From the IMG/VR virus record IMGVR_UViG_3300044724_003561: 64,000 bases of DNA; one strand, given 5' to 3'. Numbering within the stretch: position 1 is the stretch's first letter; the number at the start of each line of letters is the position of its first letter. This document shows positions 39,391 to 48,422 of this stretch, piece after piece. Both the position numbers and the translations under genes were made by a program. A model generated the notes under the pieces. It was not told where the DNA came from and did not search any database. It worked only from the letters and a program-made list of their open reading frames with translations. The stretch comes from an uncultured virus (IMG/VR IMGVR_UViG_3300044724_003561) (lineage: Duplodnaviria > Heunggongvirae > Uroviricota > Caudoviricetes).

Positions 39391-40292
39391 TAAACAAATT
39401 AATCTGGAATAAAATAGAAGAATTATTTTACTGGAACATATCAGTAGATAGCCCTATCAATCAATTACCTTTTACAATGGAATTTATTCTTGCTTGTCAA
39501 AAAGAATTTTCTATGACAGTAAGAGATAAAGAATACCCTATACATTTAGGTGGCATAATGGATTGGCACGATAAAACAATGGGCGATTTCGTAAAAGAAA
39601 TAGATAAACAATATCAAAGTAATTACTTTGTAGCAGAAAATGGTACAAGTACAACAGGTGTCGTAGGTGAAATAAAAGATGTAAACGATAAACCTATTAC
39701 GAACAAATGGAATATAAGAGGTGACGCTCTTGTTAAAAGATTACAAGCAATGCAAAAAGAAAGACCTAATCTAACAATATTAGATATGGGTTGTGGTGTA
39801 AACGAATATAAGAAACACTTAAACAATGTTACAGGTGTTGACCCTTACAGAAAAGAAGCAGATATATTATGTAGTCAAGCAGATTTTAAACCTGCTAATG
39901 ATATAAAATGGGATGTAATTATATGTTTTGGTCCTCAAAACTGGTATACGTATGATGAACAATATAGAAACTTTATGACGTTAAAGAAATGTTTAGCACC
40001 TAGTGGTTTACTATTATGGTCACACGTTCATAATTACTATAAAGTATTTCAACCAGATCACCCACATGGTCACACTTGGATACATGGCGATTTAGAACAC
40101 GCACAAAAAAATAGTGCGTTTTATTTCTACGATAGAAACTGGAAGTACACATGGTACTTTAATTGGACTGAACATGCTGTAAATACACTTGCAGGACATG
40201 TAGGTTTAAAAATAAACAAAGTTGATTATGACCATTGTAATTTATACAGACCACCTATGTACAGAATATTTACGGAGATGAGTCATGTTTGA
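39387..40292 (+). CDS. Class I SAM methyltransferase with ACP-like N-terminal region
   Basis: ILDMGCG, GVDP, LAPSG; the N-terminal ~75 aa resemble acyl carrier protein helices. Confidence 0.75.
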   Translation: MINKLIWNKIEELFYWNISVDSPINQLPFTMEFILACQKEFSMTVRDKEYPIHLGGIMDWHDKTMGDFVKEIDKQYQSNYFVAENGTSTTGVVGEIKDVNDKPITNKWNIRGDALVKRLQAMQKERPNLTILDMGCGVNEYKKHLNNVTGVDPYRKEADILCSQADFKPANDIKWDVIICFGPQNWYTYDEQYRNFMTLKKCLAPSGLLLWSHVHNYYKVFQPDHPHGHTWIHGDLEHAQKNSAFYFYDRNWKYTWYFNWTEHAVNTLAGHVGLKINKVDYDHCNLYRPPMYRIFTEMSHV

Positions 40293-40893
40293 ACAAGGTA
40301 ACTTCTTTGTCAAATGTCATAACATTTATTACAATCAACAATGGTTAATAGATGTATTAGATAGTTTGAAACCTAGTGATTGGGTAAACGGAGTTAGTAG
40401 AACAGGCGTAGCATGGAATGTTAGTGAGTGTAGAAATATACCATATGAGAATATGTGGAAAGATATTGTAGAGAATATGAATTTAGATCAAGTCGGTAGT
40501 ACAGAAAGAACATTCCATGGTAAAAAACCATGGGCATTCTTTTCTAAATTACCACCAGGTGGCATAAATTTACACTATGACCATAGACGTTGGGGTGCGT
40601 TACTGTTTCCTGTAAGAGGTAAGTTTGAAGTTACACCTCAAATATTTGCAACAGAAAACTATACAGAAATAGAAAGATTTAATTTTACTAAAAGTAAAAT
40701 ACACAATAATGGTACACCTGTATTTTTTGATAGCAGAGTTTTACATGCTGTACCTACACCTTTAGATTTAGAGGAAGAAAGAGTTGTATTTTCTGTAAAC
40801 ATACACTCACACCCTACAGAATTTTTTAGAAAAGCGATTGACGGAACATGGTTAAACAAGAATACAGAAAACATAGGTGTATCTAATGACTAA
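40285..40893 (+). CDS. 2OG-Fe(II) oxygenase-like protein
   Basis: PGG...HYD...FDSRVLHAV...ERVVF; clear paralog of 37200..37733. Confidence 0.72.
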   Translation: MFEQGNFFVKCHNIYYNQQWLIDVLDSLKPSDWVNGVSRTGVAWNVSECRNIPYENMWKDIVENMNLDQVGSTERTFHGKKPWAFFSKLPPGGINLHYDHRRWGALLFPVRGKFEVTPQIFATENYTEIERFNFTKSKIHNNGTPVFFDSRVLHAVPTPLDLEEERVVFSVNIHSHPTEFFRKAIDGTWLNKNTENIGVSND

Positions 40894-41452
40894 TTTTTAT
40901 TCTATACAAGCAGATAAAATGAAATTTAATTTAGATATGTTAGTTGATCTATACAAAACAGTAGATCAAACAAAGTGGGTACATAGACAAGATAAGTTAC
41001 CACAGTATTGGCCTATTGATGAAAACAGTACGTTTGATCGTAACCATGAATTTTACAGACTACTAAAAGAAAACATAAATGCTGATATAGATGAAACGAG
41101 AGTATATTTCAGTAGAGTACATCCAGGTGGTATACCTAACCATTGGGACTTTGAAAATTTTACTAAACTACAATTTCCTGTTATATGTGATGAAGAAGAT
41201 AACGATTGGTCAAAGTCGCCTGTTATCTTTATAGATCAATTTGACCAAGTTGTAGAAAGAGTAGAACATACGAATAATACGCCTATAATTTATAGTGCGA
41301 ATTACATGCACGGAACAATCAAATCTTTAGATAATACAAACGATAGAATTACTTTTGTTGTTGATATTAAGTATTGGTTTGCCAGAGTTAGATCAAAATA
41401 TAACAACGGTACTTTGTTTACAAACAACAAAGCATTTTGGAGTATGGCATGA
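40886..41452 (+). CDS. 2OG-Fe(II) oxygenase-like protein
   Basis: PGGIPNHWD...MHGT...DRITF. Confidence 0.7.
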   Translation: MTNFYSIQADKMKFNLDMLVDLYKTVDQTKWVHRQDKLPQYWPIDENSTFDRNHEFYRLLKENINADIDETRVYFSRVHPGGIPNHWDFENFTKLQFPVICDEEDNDWSKSPVIFIDQFDQVVERVEHTNNTPIIYSANYMHGTIKSLDNTNDRITFVVDIKYWFARVRSKYNNGTLFTNNKAFWSMA

Positions 41453-42105
41453 ACAGGTGGGATATAACTGTTAAACAAAGTAACTATGATTTCAATCCTT
41501 TTAGAGAAAGCGATCATGGTAAATACTTTAAAACAGTTACAAACATTTACGAGGACTGGTCAAAGGAATTAGAATATGCAAACAATCAACAATATGATTT
41601 CTATTGGCCTAGTCCTGTGAAACCAGGTGGCGATCATTTTGATTATGAGTATGAAAATAAACTAGTAGAAGATTGGGGTATACCTAAAGACTTTGTAATC
41701 TACAGAATGTGGACTGCAACAAAGAAAGAGTGTCCTATATTATGTGGTCTAGCAGACAGGTTAGGTTTAGAAGACGCACAAGTTAATATACAAACACAAA
41801 CTACAGGTATGATGTTACATTTACATATTGATAGTTTAACAGGTTTAAGAAAAGAAAGAAAAGATCAATCATCAAGCAGAGCAACTGATCCTGAATGGGG
41901 TAGAGTTTTTGTTATGTTAGAAGATTGGAAACCAGGACATATTATTCAATTTGGGAATACATATGTACCACCATGGAAAGCAGGTGATGTAGTATGGTTT
42001 GATTGGGCAAACATACCACATAGTACTGCTAACACAGGACCATGGCCTAGAACTATTGCCAAGATAACTGGCAAACAAACAGAAAAGTATAAAAAATTAT
42101 TATGA
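41449..42105 (+). CDS. 2OG-Fe(II) oxygenase-like protein
   Basis: HLHID...WKAGDV...PHSTAN.G..PR. Confidence 0.72.
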   Translation: MNRWDITVKQSNYDFNPFRESDHGKYFKTVTNIYEDWSKELEYANNQQYDFYWPSPVKPGGDHFDYEYENKLVEDWGIPKDFVIYRMWTATKKECPILCGLADRLGLEDAQVNIQTQTTGMMLHLHIDSLTGLRKERKDQSSSRATDPEWGRVFVMLEDWKPGHIIQFGNTYVPPWKAGDVVWFDWANIPHSTANTGPWPRTIAKITGKQTEKYKKLL

Positions 42106-42491
42106 ATATAACGCCTTTATTTGCTATTGCAATATTATTACCTAGTATTACAAGTAATCAAAGAATACAATATGGCATACCATTATCTTTAATGTTATTT
42201 AAAGATGTGTTTTTAGGTTTTCATGGCCTAATGATACCTGTCTATGGTTGTATGTTGATTTTCGTGCTACTAGGCAGACATATAAGTAATAGTATAACAG
42301 CAACGTTTGTAGGCGTTTTGATTTGGCATGTTGTTGTTAACTTCGCTGTATGGTACTCATACGGTGGCAATTTATTACAAACTTACATACAAGCAATACC
42401 TTTTGATTTTAATCTTTTGGTATCAAGTTTGATATGTGTTATGATAGGAAAATTATGTATAAAATATTACTCACATTATTTGTATTACTAA
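42102..42491 (+). CDS. Small multi-pass membrane protein, DUF6580-like putative (cobalamin) transport protein
   Basis: NITPLFAIA, D.FLGFH, NFAVW, Y.QAIPF..N pattern; about four hydrophobic segments; directly upstream of the BtuB-like gene. Confidence 0.6.
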   Translation: MNITPLFAIAILLPSITSNQRIQYGIPLSLMLFKDVFLGFHGLMIPVYGCMLIFVLLGRHISNSITATFVGVLIWHVVVNFAVWYSYGGNLLQTYIQAIPFDFNLLVSSLICVMIGKLCIKYYSHYLYY

Positions 42492-44221
42492 TTAGTTTTA
42501 CAAGCGCTAAAGCAGATGACTGTAGAGGTGATAGGCCACAATATGATGAAGATGGTCATCTCATTATCTATATCTGTAAATCATTTATTAGAAACTCAAG
42601 CGATCTAACTCATAAAACATATTCATATGAAGTTGTATCAGCAGACAAAGACGAACTACAAAAAGTATCTTCTTTAAACGTTGTACAATCTGGTCCTGAT
42701 GGCCAGTTAACTTCTACGTTTATGAGAGGTACAAATTCAAACCATACTCTTGTTACACTTAATGGTATTGCTATACAAGATCACTCAACACCAAATGGTA
42801 CTGAAGATTTATTTGCACACAGTTTTTTAGGTGTAGATAGAGTTGAAGTAATCAAAGGACCTATGGGTAGTATCTACGGACCTAATGCAATAGGTGGTGT
42901 TATCAATATGGTTACACAGGCAAATGGTCTAAACTATATTGAGTTATCAGGTGGTAGTTTTGGTCAGAAAACACAAGTAATAAAACTTGGTAAAGCAGAT
43001 TACTCAAAAGGTTTTATTATAGACTTTAGAGTAGAGAATGAAACTGCTGATGGTATATCTGTAGTAGATGGTACAGAAAAAGATGGTATCGCTGATAGAA
43101 ATTATATCTTTCAAGTAGAGAAGTTTCTAGGCAAATGGATGTTAAAGTCTAATATAATTCAAACTGTAAACAAATCTGATTTAGATAAATCTACAGACTA
43201 TACTGACTATACATCTAAATGGCAATTCAATAATCAATACATCTCTTTACAAAGTAAAGATACCGAGTTTTCTTTTCAAAAATCAAAACATAAAAGAACA
43301 TATGACGATAAAGGTACAAAAGATATTTACAATTCAGACCAAGAAACATTTATCGCTAGTCATACATTTCATCCAGAAAAAACAATATCTTTGACTACAG
43401 GATTTGAACACAATCTACAAGAAATAGATTTTGATACTAACATTGCAGGTTATGATTCAAACGTAGATAAAGAAAGACACAATCATGGTTACTATGTCAA
43501 TTTTGATAAACAACTTGATAGTGGTGTCTTCTTTCATAGTGGTATTAGACATGATACACCCGATACATTTGACAATCAAACTACAGGCAGAGTTGCTGTA
43601 GAAAAAAATGGTGTACATTTAAGTTACTCTACAGGTTACAAAGCACCTACAGTTTACGAGATGTATGGTAAAAACAATTATGGGTTTTTAGGTAACAGTA
43701 ATTTGATACCTGAAAAATCAAAGACATGGGAAATAGGTTACAAATCAGATGAACATAAGTTTGTTTATTTTGAATCAGAAATAGATAATCTTTTAAAGTA
43801 TGATACAAACACTTATGTTAACGATACTAAACAAAGTAAACAACATGGTGTAGAATTAAACAATACATTTACATATGGTAAAATACAATTGAGTAATAGT
43901 TTATCTTATACAGTATCAAAAGATGGTGACAATAAAGACATGTTAAGAAGACCTAACTGGCAGAATACATCAACAGTATATTATGATAACTTCTATGTTG
44001 ACTTTAATTACTTTGGCAAACACAAAGACATTGACGCTTCAACATATGCAAGAAAAGATATGCATGCTGTTGAAACATTTGATATAGGTTACAACATTGA
44101 TGTTGATAATAATACTTTCTTTTGGAGTATAAACAACGTCTTTGATAAGTCTTATGAAAGACCAGATGGTTACAATCAATACGATAGAACTTTTAATCTA
44201 GGCTTTAGAAAATACTTTTAA
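42455..44221 (+). CDS. btuB: TonB-dependent outer-membrane receptor, BtuB (vitamin B12)-like
   Basis: Signal peptide; plug QSGPDGQLTSTFMRGTNSNHTLV and RVEVIKGP..SIYG.NAIGGVIN; barrel YKAPT..EMYG...GN.NL.PEKSK.WE matches E. coli BtuB motifs as recalled; C-terminal Phe. Confidence 0.8.
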   Translation: MYKILLTLFVLLISFTSAKADDCRGDRPQYDEDGHLIIYICKSFIRNSSDLTHKTYSYEVVSADKDELQKVSSLNVVQSGPDGQLTSTFMRGTNSNHTLVTLNGIAIQDHSTPNGTEDLFAHSFLGVDRVEVIKGPMGSIYGPNAIGGVINMVTQANGLNYIELSGGSFGQKTQVIKLGKADYSKGFIIDFRVENETADGISVVDGTEKDGIADRNYIFQVEKFLGKWMLKSNIIQTVNKSDLDKSTDYTDYTSKWQFNNQYISLQSKDTEFSFQKSKHKRTYDDKGTKDIYNSDQETFIASHTFHPEKTISLTTGFEHNLQEIDFDTNIAGYDSNVDKERHNHGYYVNFDKQLDSGVFFHSGIRHDTPDTFDNQTTGRVAVEKNGVHLSYSTGYKAPTVYEMYGKNNYGFLGNSNLIPEKSKTWEIGYKSDEHKFVYFESEIDNLLKYDTNTYVNDTKQSKQHGVELNNTFTYGKIQLSNSLSYTVSKDGDNKDMLRRPNWQNTSTVYYDNFYVDFNYFGKHKDIDASTYARKDMHAVETFDIGYNIDVDNNTFFWSINNVFDKSYERPDGYNQYDRTFNLGFRKYF

Positions 44222-45507
44222 TGTTTGATACTATATTATGGGCTGTTATAGGCACTTTAAGTGGTGTCATATTTGGTGTGATACCAGGTGCAGGACCTTT
44301 TGTTGCAACGGCAACTCTATATCCTTTCTTAACGCATATAGAACCTGTCAATGTTATGATGTATTACATAACAGTTTTGATTGCAACTAATTATACAAAT
44401 AGTGTAACTGCTATTCTGTATGGTATACCTGGTGACGCTACAGCGATGAGTACTGCAAGGAATGGTCATAGATTATTCTTAAAAGGTTTTGGCAATCTAG
44501 CAGTTGCCTCTAACGCTGTAAGTAGTACAGTAGGAGTTATATTTGCTTTTACTGTTTTTATTTTAGTGTTGCCTTACATTATAGAAGTTTTTAGATTTTA
44601 TAATAGTGTATTACAGACAGTTATTGTTGCAGCTGCAATTGTAATGATTACACTATTGACAAAACAGAATAAATTGTTTACAATAGTATTGTTTTTATTT
44701 GGAGGCATGATTGCAAAAATAGGTATAGACCCTATTACATTTGATAGTTTTTTGACTTTCAATAACTCATATCTCGCAATTGGGATACCTTTTGCAAGTG
44801 TGATGATAGGATTATACATAGTGCCAGAACTAACAAAGTTAAACAATTTCAAAGTAGGCGTACCTAAACGTATAAATACTTTTACAGTTGGTAAAGATAC
44901 TGCCACCCCTACACTTATAGGAAGTTTTGTAGGATTTTGGTGTGGTATGATACCAGGTGTAACAAACATTCTTGGCAGTTATGCAAGTGCAAATATTATT
45001 AAAAGGTTTTTCAAAAAACCTGTACTTAAAAGCATAGCAGCCGCAGAGGCAGCAAATAATAGTGGCGCATTATCATCACTATTGCCTTTGCTTATACTAG
45101 CGATACCCATAACGGGAAGTGAAGTTTTGATTTATTATATTATGTTAGAAGATGGTTTCGTTTTCAACGCTCAAAATACAGTCAAACATTTAGAAAGTAT
45201 AATTTATATTATACCATTTGTGACTGCCTTTTGTCTGTGGTTAAGCTGGTACGGTTTCAATCTGTTAGGTAAGATTGCTTATTACTATAAAAAACATAGA
45301 AATATAGCAAACATCTTACTTCTCTCAATAATTAGCATTGCAAGTATATCAATATTCGCCATACGTGAATGGATGATTATCTGTATATTTGTTTTGTCTA
45401 TAATCGGTTTCTTAATTAGACGCTGGGACACTAGTCCTATTATTTACGGATACTTTCTAAGCGATCTATTTTATGAAAATTTTATTAGAACATTAATAAT
45501 CTTATAG
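44221..45507 (+). CDS. tctA: Tripartite tricarboxylate transporter permease, TctA family
   Basis: G.IPG.G, TAILYGIPGDA, G.IPG, AAEAANN, PLL.LAIP; multi-TM. Confidence 0.85.
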   Translation: MFDTILWAVIGTLSGVIFGVIPGAGPFVATATLYPFLTHIEPVNVMMYYITVLIATNYTNSVTAILYGIPGDATAMSTARNGHRLFLKGFGNLAVASNAVSSTVGVIFAFTVFILVLPYIIEVFRFYNSVLQTVIVAAAIVMITLLTKQNKLFTIVLFLFGGMIAKIGIDPITFDSFLTFNNSYLAIGIPFASVMIGLYIVPELTKLNNFKVGVPKRINTFTVGKDTATPTLIGSFVGFWCGMIPGVTNILGSYASANIIKRFFKKPVLKSIAAAEAANNSGALSSLLPLLILAIPITGSEVLIYYIMLEDGFVFNAQNTVKHLESIIYIIPFVTAFCLWLSWYGFNLLGKIAYYYKKHRNIANILLLSIISIASISIFAIREWMIICIFVLSIIGFLIRRWDTSPIIYGYFLSDLFYENFIRTLIIL

Positions 45508-45515
45508 GAGATAAA

Positions 45516-46298
45516 ATGAAAAAAATAATGTTAATAATAATGAGTATGTTATTCAGTACAATGGCATACGCACAAGTGCAAATTATCAACCCAGGTTCAC
45601 AAGAAGGTGTATTCAGACAAATACTTTCTACAATAGGTGATACAACTGACCACAATTTTGTTCAGGCAGACAATCCAGTTACTGCATACACTTATATAGA
45701 AGGTGCTGAAGGTGGCACAGAACCTATCTTAACAATATGGTCTAGTGAATGGCCAGGTGACGATAGTTTAAAAAGTCCGAAAGTATCTAAAGATAACATT
45801 GTAGCTTTAATGACATATGAGACTCTTATGTGTAGTAGAGCATACAATTCACTTGAAGATATGAGTGGACAAACTGTTAAGATTGCGACATGGGGATCAG
45901 AACCAGTTGCAAAATTTCTTACAAATTTAGGTGCAAAATATAATGTAAATTTTGTAGTTGTACCTTATTCTGGCAGCGGAAGTACTACTAAAGGTTATGT
46001 TGGCAAAGACGCCGATACTGTCTTTACAATTACTTCACGTCAAGCCGCATTAGAGGAAGATGGATCTAAATGTATTGCCTTTTCAGAAAAAGGTGAATTA
46101 GGTTTTAGATTTGTTGACGCAATCATCACCATTAATGCTAACTACGCCTTAACAAATGAATTACGTTCTGCTGTAACAAACCTCTCTACTACTACCGAGT
46201 GGAATAGTAAATTCAAAGGCTCTGTAACTTATGTTGGAAATGGTTCTAATCAAACTATAGAAATGTTTGAAGAGGCTGTTACTAATTTTAGTAAGTAA
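45516..46298 (+). CDS. Periplasmic substrate-binding protein, TctC/Bug-like
   Basis: Signal peptide, VPYSGSG motif (TctC VPY/FxGxG), adjacent to tctA. Confidence 0.6.
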   Translation: MKKIMLIIMSMLFSTMAYAQVQIINPGSQEGVFRQILSTIGDTTDHNFVQADNPVTAYTYIEGAEGGTEPILTIWSSEWPGDDSLKSPKVSKDNIVALMTYETLMCSRAYNSLEDMSGQTVKIATWGSEPVAKFLTNLGAKYNVNFVVVPYSGSGSTTKGYVGKDADTVFTITSRQAALEEDGSKCIAFSEKGELGFRFVDAIITINANYALTNELRSAVTNLSTTTEWNSKFKGSVTYVGNGSNQTIEMFEEAVTNFSK

Positions 46299-47616
46299 TA
46301 CAATTATGTAAGAGCTGGTTGGCATCCTTATAGTTGTCAAACAGCTCTTCCTGATCTCTACCAGTTATGTTAAGATTTACATTAAACTTTTTGTTTTGTA
46401 GATTTTGAAATTCAGGTATATTCATACCGACTTCTAACTTCTTATTCAGATAATTTAGATATTGTTCAACGATTTCTATATTCTTTATTTCTTTAATTAC
46501 ACCAGGTTTTAATTGAGTACAACCCCACAGTAGATGATTTGTAATTTCTGGTTCTTTGTTGTTACCTATATTGTTAAATATATTATTGCCAGGTAACTTA
46601 TCTAATATATTAATAAACTGACCTATACGTGTATTAAAATCTATTGCAATTAATTTTTTACCTGATATGTGAAAGTCAGGACCTGCAAAGTACATATCTT
46701 TTACTTTTAGTTTATCAACTATAGTCTGTACGAAACCATACATTATTCTATGTTGCTCTTCATCTACTTCACTCACAGGTATAGACCATACTGCCATATC
46801 TTTTGCGATATCACTTTTCTTACTGATTGAATGTTGATCTATAGGATTTTTATGAAAGTCTAATATGTCGCCATACTTTACTTTAGCATTTCTTACATAG
46901 AATAAACAATCTACTTTACCATCTTTAACATAACCATAAGGTGATATAGATGGCTCTTCAGACCAATAGTATTCTTGTGCCATAATTTTACAAGGTACAT
47001 TATTAAAGTTTTCATTTTGAATACCTGTTTTATTGATTTCAAAAAAATCATTATGATAATTTAGTTTACTTAAATGATCTAAAAAATGATGTTTGTTATT
47101 CCATCTTCTATACTCTATTATAGGTGTATTCTGATCTGATTTAGGAAAGAAAGAATTACTGCCTGTACCTATATCTGGTTTTGTAAAAAACTCATTGCCA
47201 TCAAATACATCTAGTTGACTATGAAAGGTAGGTGTAATACTTTTAGGTACGTTATGTTGTAGTCCTATTGCTCTACAAAAATCATCAAGTTTTTGTTTAT
47301 TACTAAACACCTCAGCTGCAAAGGCAGACATGTTGTTTATGCCGTAATAACTTTCTAATTGTGCTTGAATAGGAAATAAATTTTCTGATACACAAAACAC
47401 TTTATCACAAGATAAAATCTTTTGTGTAATTTCTATTATATCAAACTTCTTTGATACAACTAAATCGTCTATGTGTTTTATGAAAGGTTTGTAGCGATCG
47501 CCTGACTTGTTTGGCACCACATCACAAACTAATGTGATGTGGTTATTTAAATTCGCTGTGATAAGACCTTCGGTCTTGTTAAGACTACGCTTGTGTGATA
47601 ATATAATTACATTCAT
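46288..47616 (-). CDS. ATP-grasp ligase-like protein
   Basis: NKQKL, FTKPDIGTGS, AQEY, DFH...IDFNTRIG. Confidence 0.75.
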   Translation of the reverse strand: MNVIILSHKRSLNKTEGLITANLNNHITLVCDVVPNKSGDRYKPFIKHIDDLVVSKKFDIIEITQKILSCDKVFCVSENLFPIQAQLESYYGINNMSAFAAEVFSNKQKLDDFCRAIGLQHNVPKSITPTFHSQLDVFDGNEFFTKPDIGTGSNSFFPKSDQNTPIIEYRRWNNKHHFLDHLSKLNYHNDFFEINKTGIQNENFNNVPCKIMAQEYYWSEEPSISPYGYVKDGKVDCLFYVRNAKVKYGDILDFHKNPIDQHSISKKSDIAKDMAVWSIPVSEVDEEQHRIMYGFVQTIVDKLKVKDMYFAGPDFHISGKKLIAIDFNTRIGQFINILDKLPGNNIFNNIGNNKEPEITNHLLWGCTQLKPGVIKEIKNIEIVEQYLNYLNKKLEVGMNIPEFQNLQNKKFNVNLNITGRDQEELFDNYKDANQLLHNCITY

Positions 47617-47640
47617 TCATAATATATATATTAATATTAT

Positions 47641-47994
47641 CTATTCTTCATCTGGTAACAAAGGTTCTTTTGCAGATTTTTTTTCTTCATCAATAAAGTG
47701 ACCTTCTTCAGATTTGATAAGATCATCAACATCTGGTAAAGCATCCGCTTTTTCTTTCCACTCGTTGTATGAAGCTTCATCTTTAAAATCTTTTTGAATT
47801 ACGATTGACTTTTTGTCTGTTGATAAAACAGCAAATTTATCTAATACGTATTCTGCTTCATTATCAATGTGTTGACTTATTTGTTCTTCACTTATGTTTG
47901 TTGAACAGCTTTTGTTAAAAAATTCCTCTACTGATCCAAATGTCAACGAATCATTTACATTAGTTAGTTTCCATTGTTTTGTATATGTTGCCAT
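47641..47994 (-). CDS. Hypothetical protein (paralog of neighbour)
   Basis: Shares T..S..EFF, L..DKK.....F.....YNEWK with 47994..48371. Confidence 0.7.
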   Translation of the reverse strand: MATYTKQWKLTNVNDSLTFGSVEEFFNKSCSTNISEEQISQHIDNEAEYVLDKFAVLSTDKKSIVIQKDFKDEASYNEWKEKADALPDVDDLIKSEEGHFIDEEKKSAKEPLLPDEE

Positions 47995-48371
47995 TAGTTA
48001 AACTCCTCTTTTGTTGGCATTAGATTTACACCGTCTTTTGGTCTATAGTCTCCCCATTCTTTTACTTTCATAAAAAAACCTTCTTGTTCGGTTATGTTAA
48101 AATCTATTTTAGGTAAAACACTTCTTTCTTTTTTCCATTCGTTATAATGTATAACTCTATCAAATCTTCTTATAACGACAACTCCTTTTTTATCAGGTGT
48201 TAAAAGGGCATGTTTTTCGTGTACAAACTTATTGTTTATATTGTCATGTAATTTAACGGTTTCTTCATCTGTAGTTCCAGTATATGCTGAGTCAAAAAAT
48301 TCACCAATTGACTCATAAGTTTTGTTTGGATCTACTATATTTCTATATAGAAACTGTATATCTAGTGCCAT
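47994..48371 (-). CDS. Hypothetical protein (paralog of neighbour)
   Basis: SD GAGG; follows a minus-strand late promoter motif. Confidence 0.7.
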   Translation of the reverse strand: MALDIQFLYRNIVDPNKTYESIGEFFDSAYTGTTDEETVKLHDNINNKFVHEKHALLTPDKKGVVVIRRFDRVIHYNEWKKERSVLPKIDFNITEQEGFFMKVKEWGDYRPKDGVNLMPTKEEFN

Positions 48372-48399
48372 AATTTAACCTCAAATTGATTAATACTAT

Positions 48400-48417
48400 T
48401 ATTTATGCGTATAAATA
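48400..48417. promoter_or_regulatory. Back-to-back late promoter motifs
   Basis: CATAAATA (-) 48407-48400 and TATAAATA (+) 48410-48417. Confidence 0.75.
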
Positions 48418-48422
48418 CTACT

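Noticed and set aside
42090..42460. Cobalamin riboswitch upstream of the btuB-like gene
   Set aside because: Genes overlap here with no intergenic space, and I saw no B12-box; a covariance-model search would be needed to exclude it fully
3961..47701. Other short alternative-frame or antisense ORFs inside baseplate and island genes
   Set aside because: They overlap well-supported genes and have no recognisable motifs
19692..48371. Island as host contamination or an inserted mobile element
   Set aside because: No integrase, transposase or terminal repeats seen; operons start at T4 late-promoter motifs, one pair shared with the fibre operon, and genes are phage-like compact and overlapping
20389..48422. 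Longest-ORF starts from the track (20389, 22264, 27247, 35335, 37654, 39375, 40877, 41437, 42434, 48405)
   Set aside because: Downstream ATGs fit SD sites, stop-start coupling or domain boundaries better
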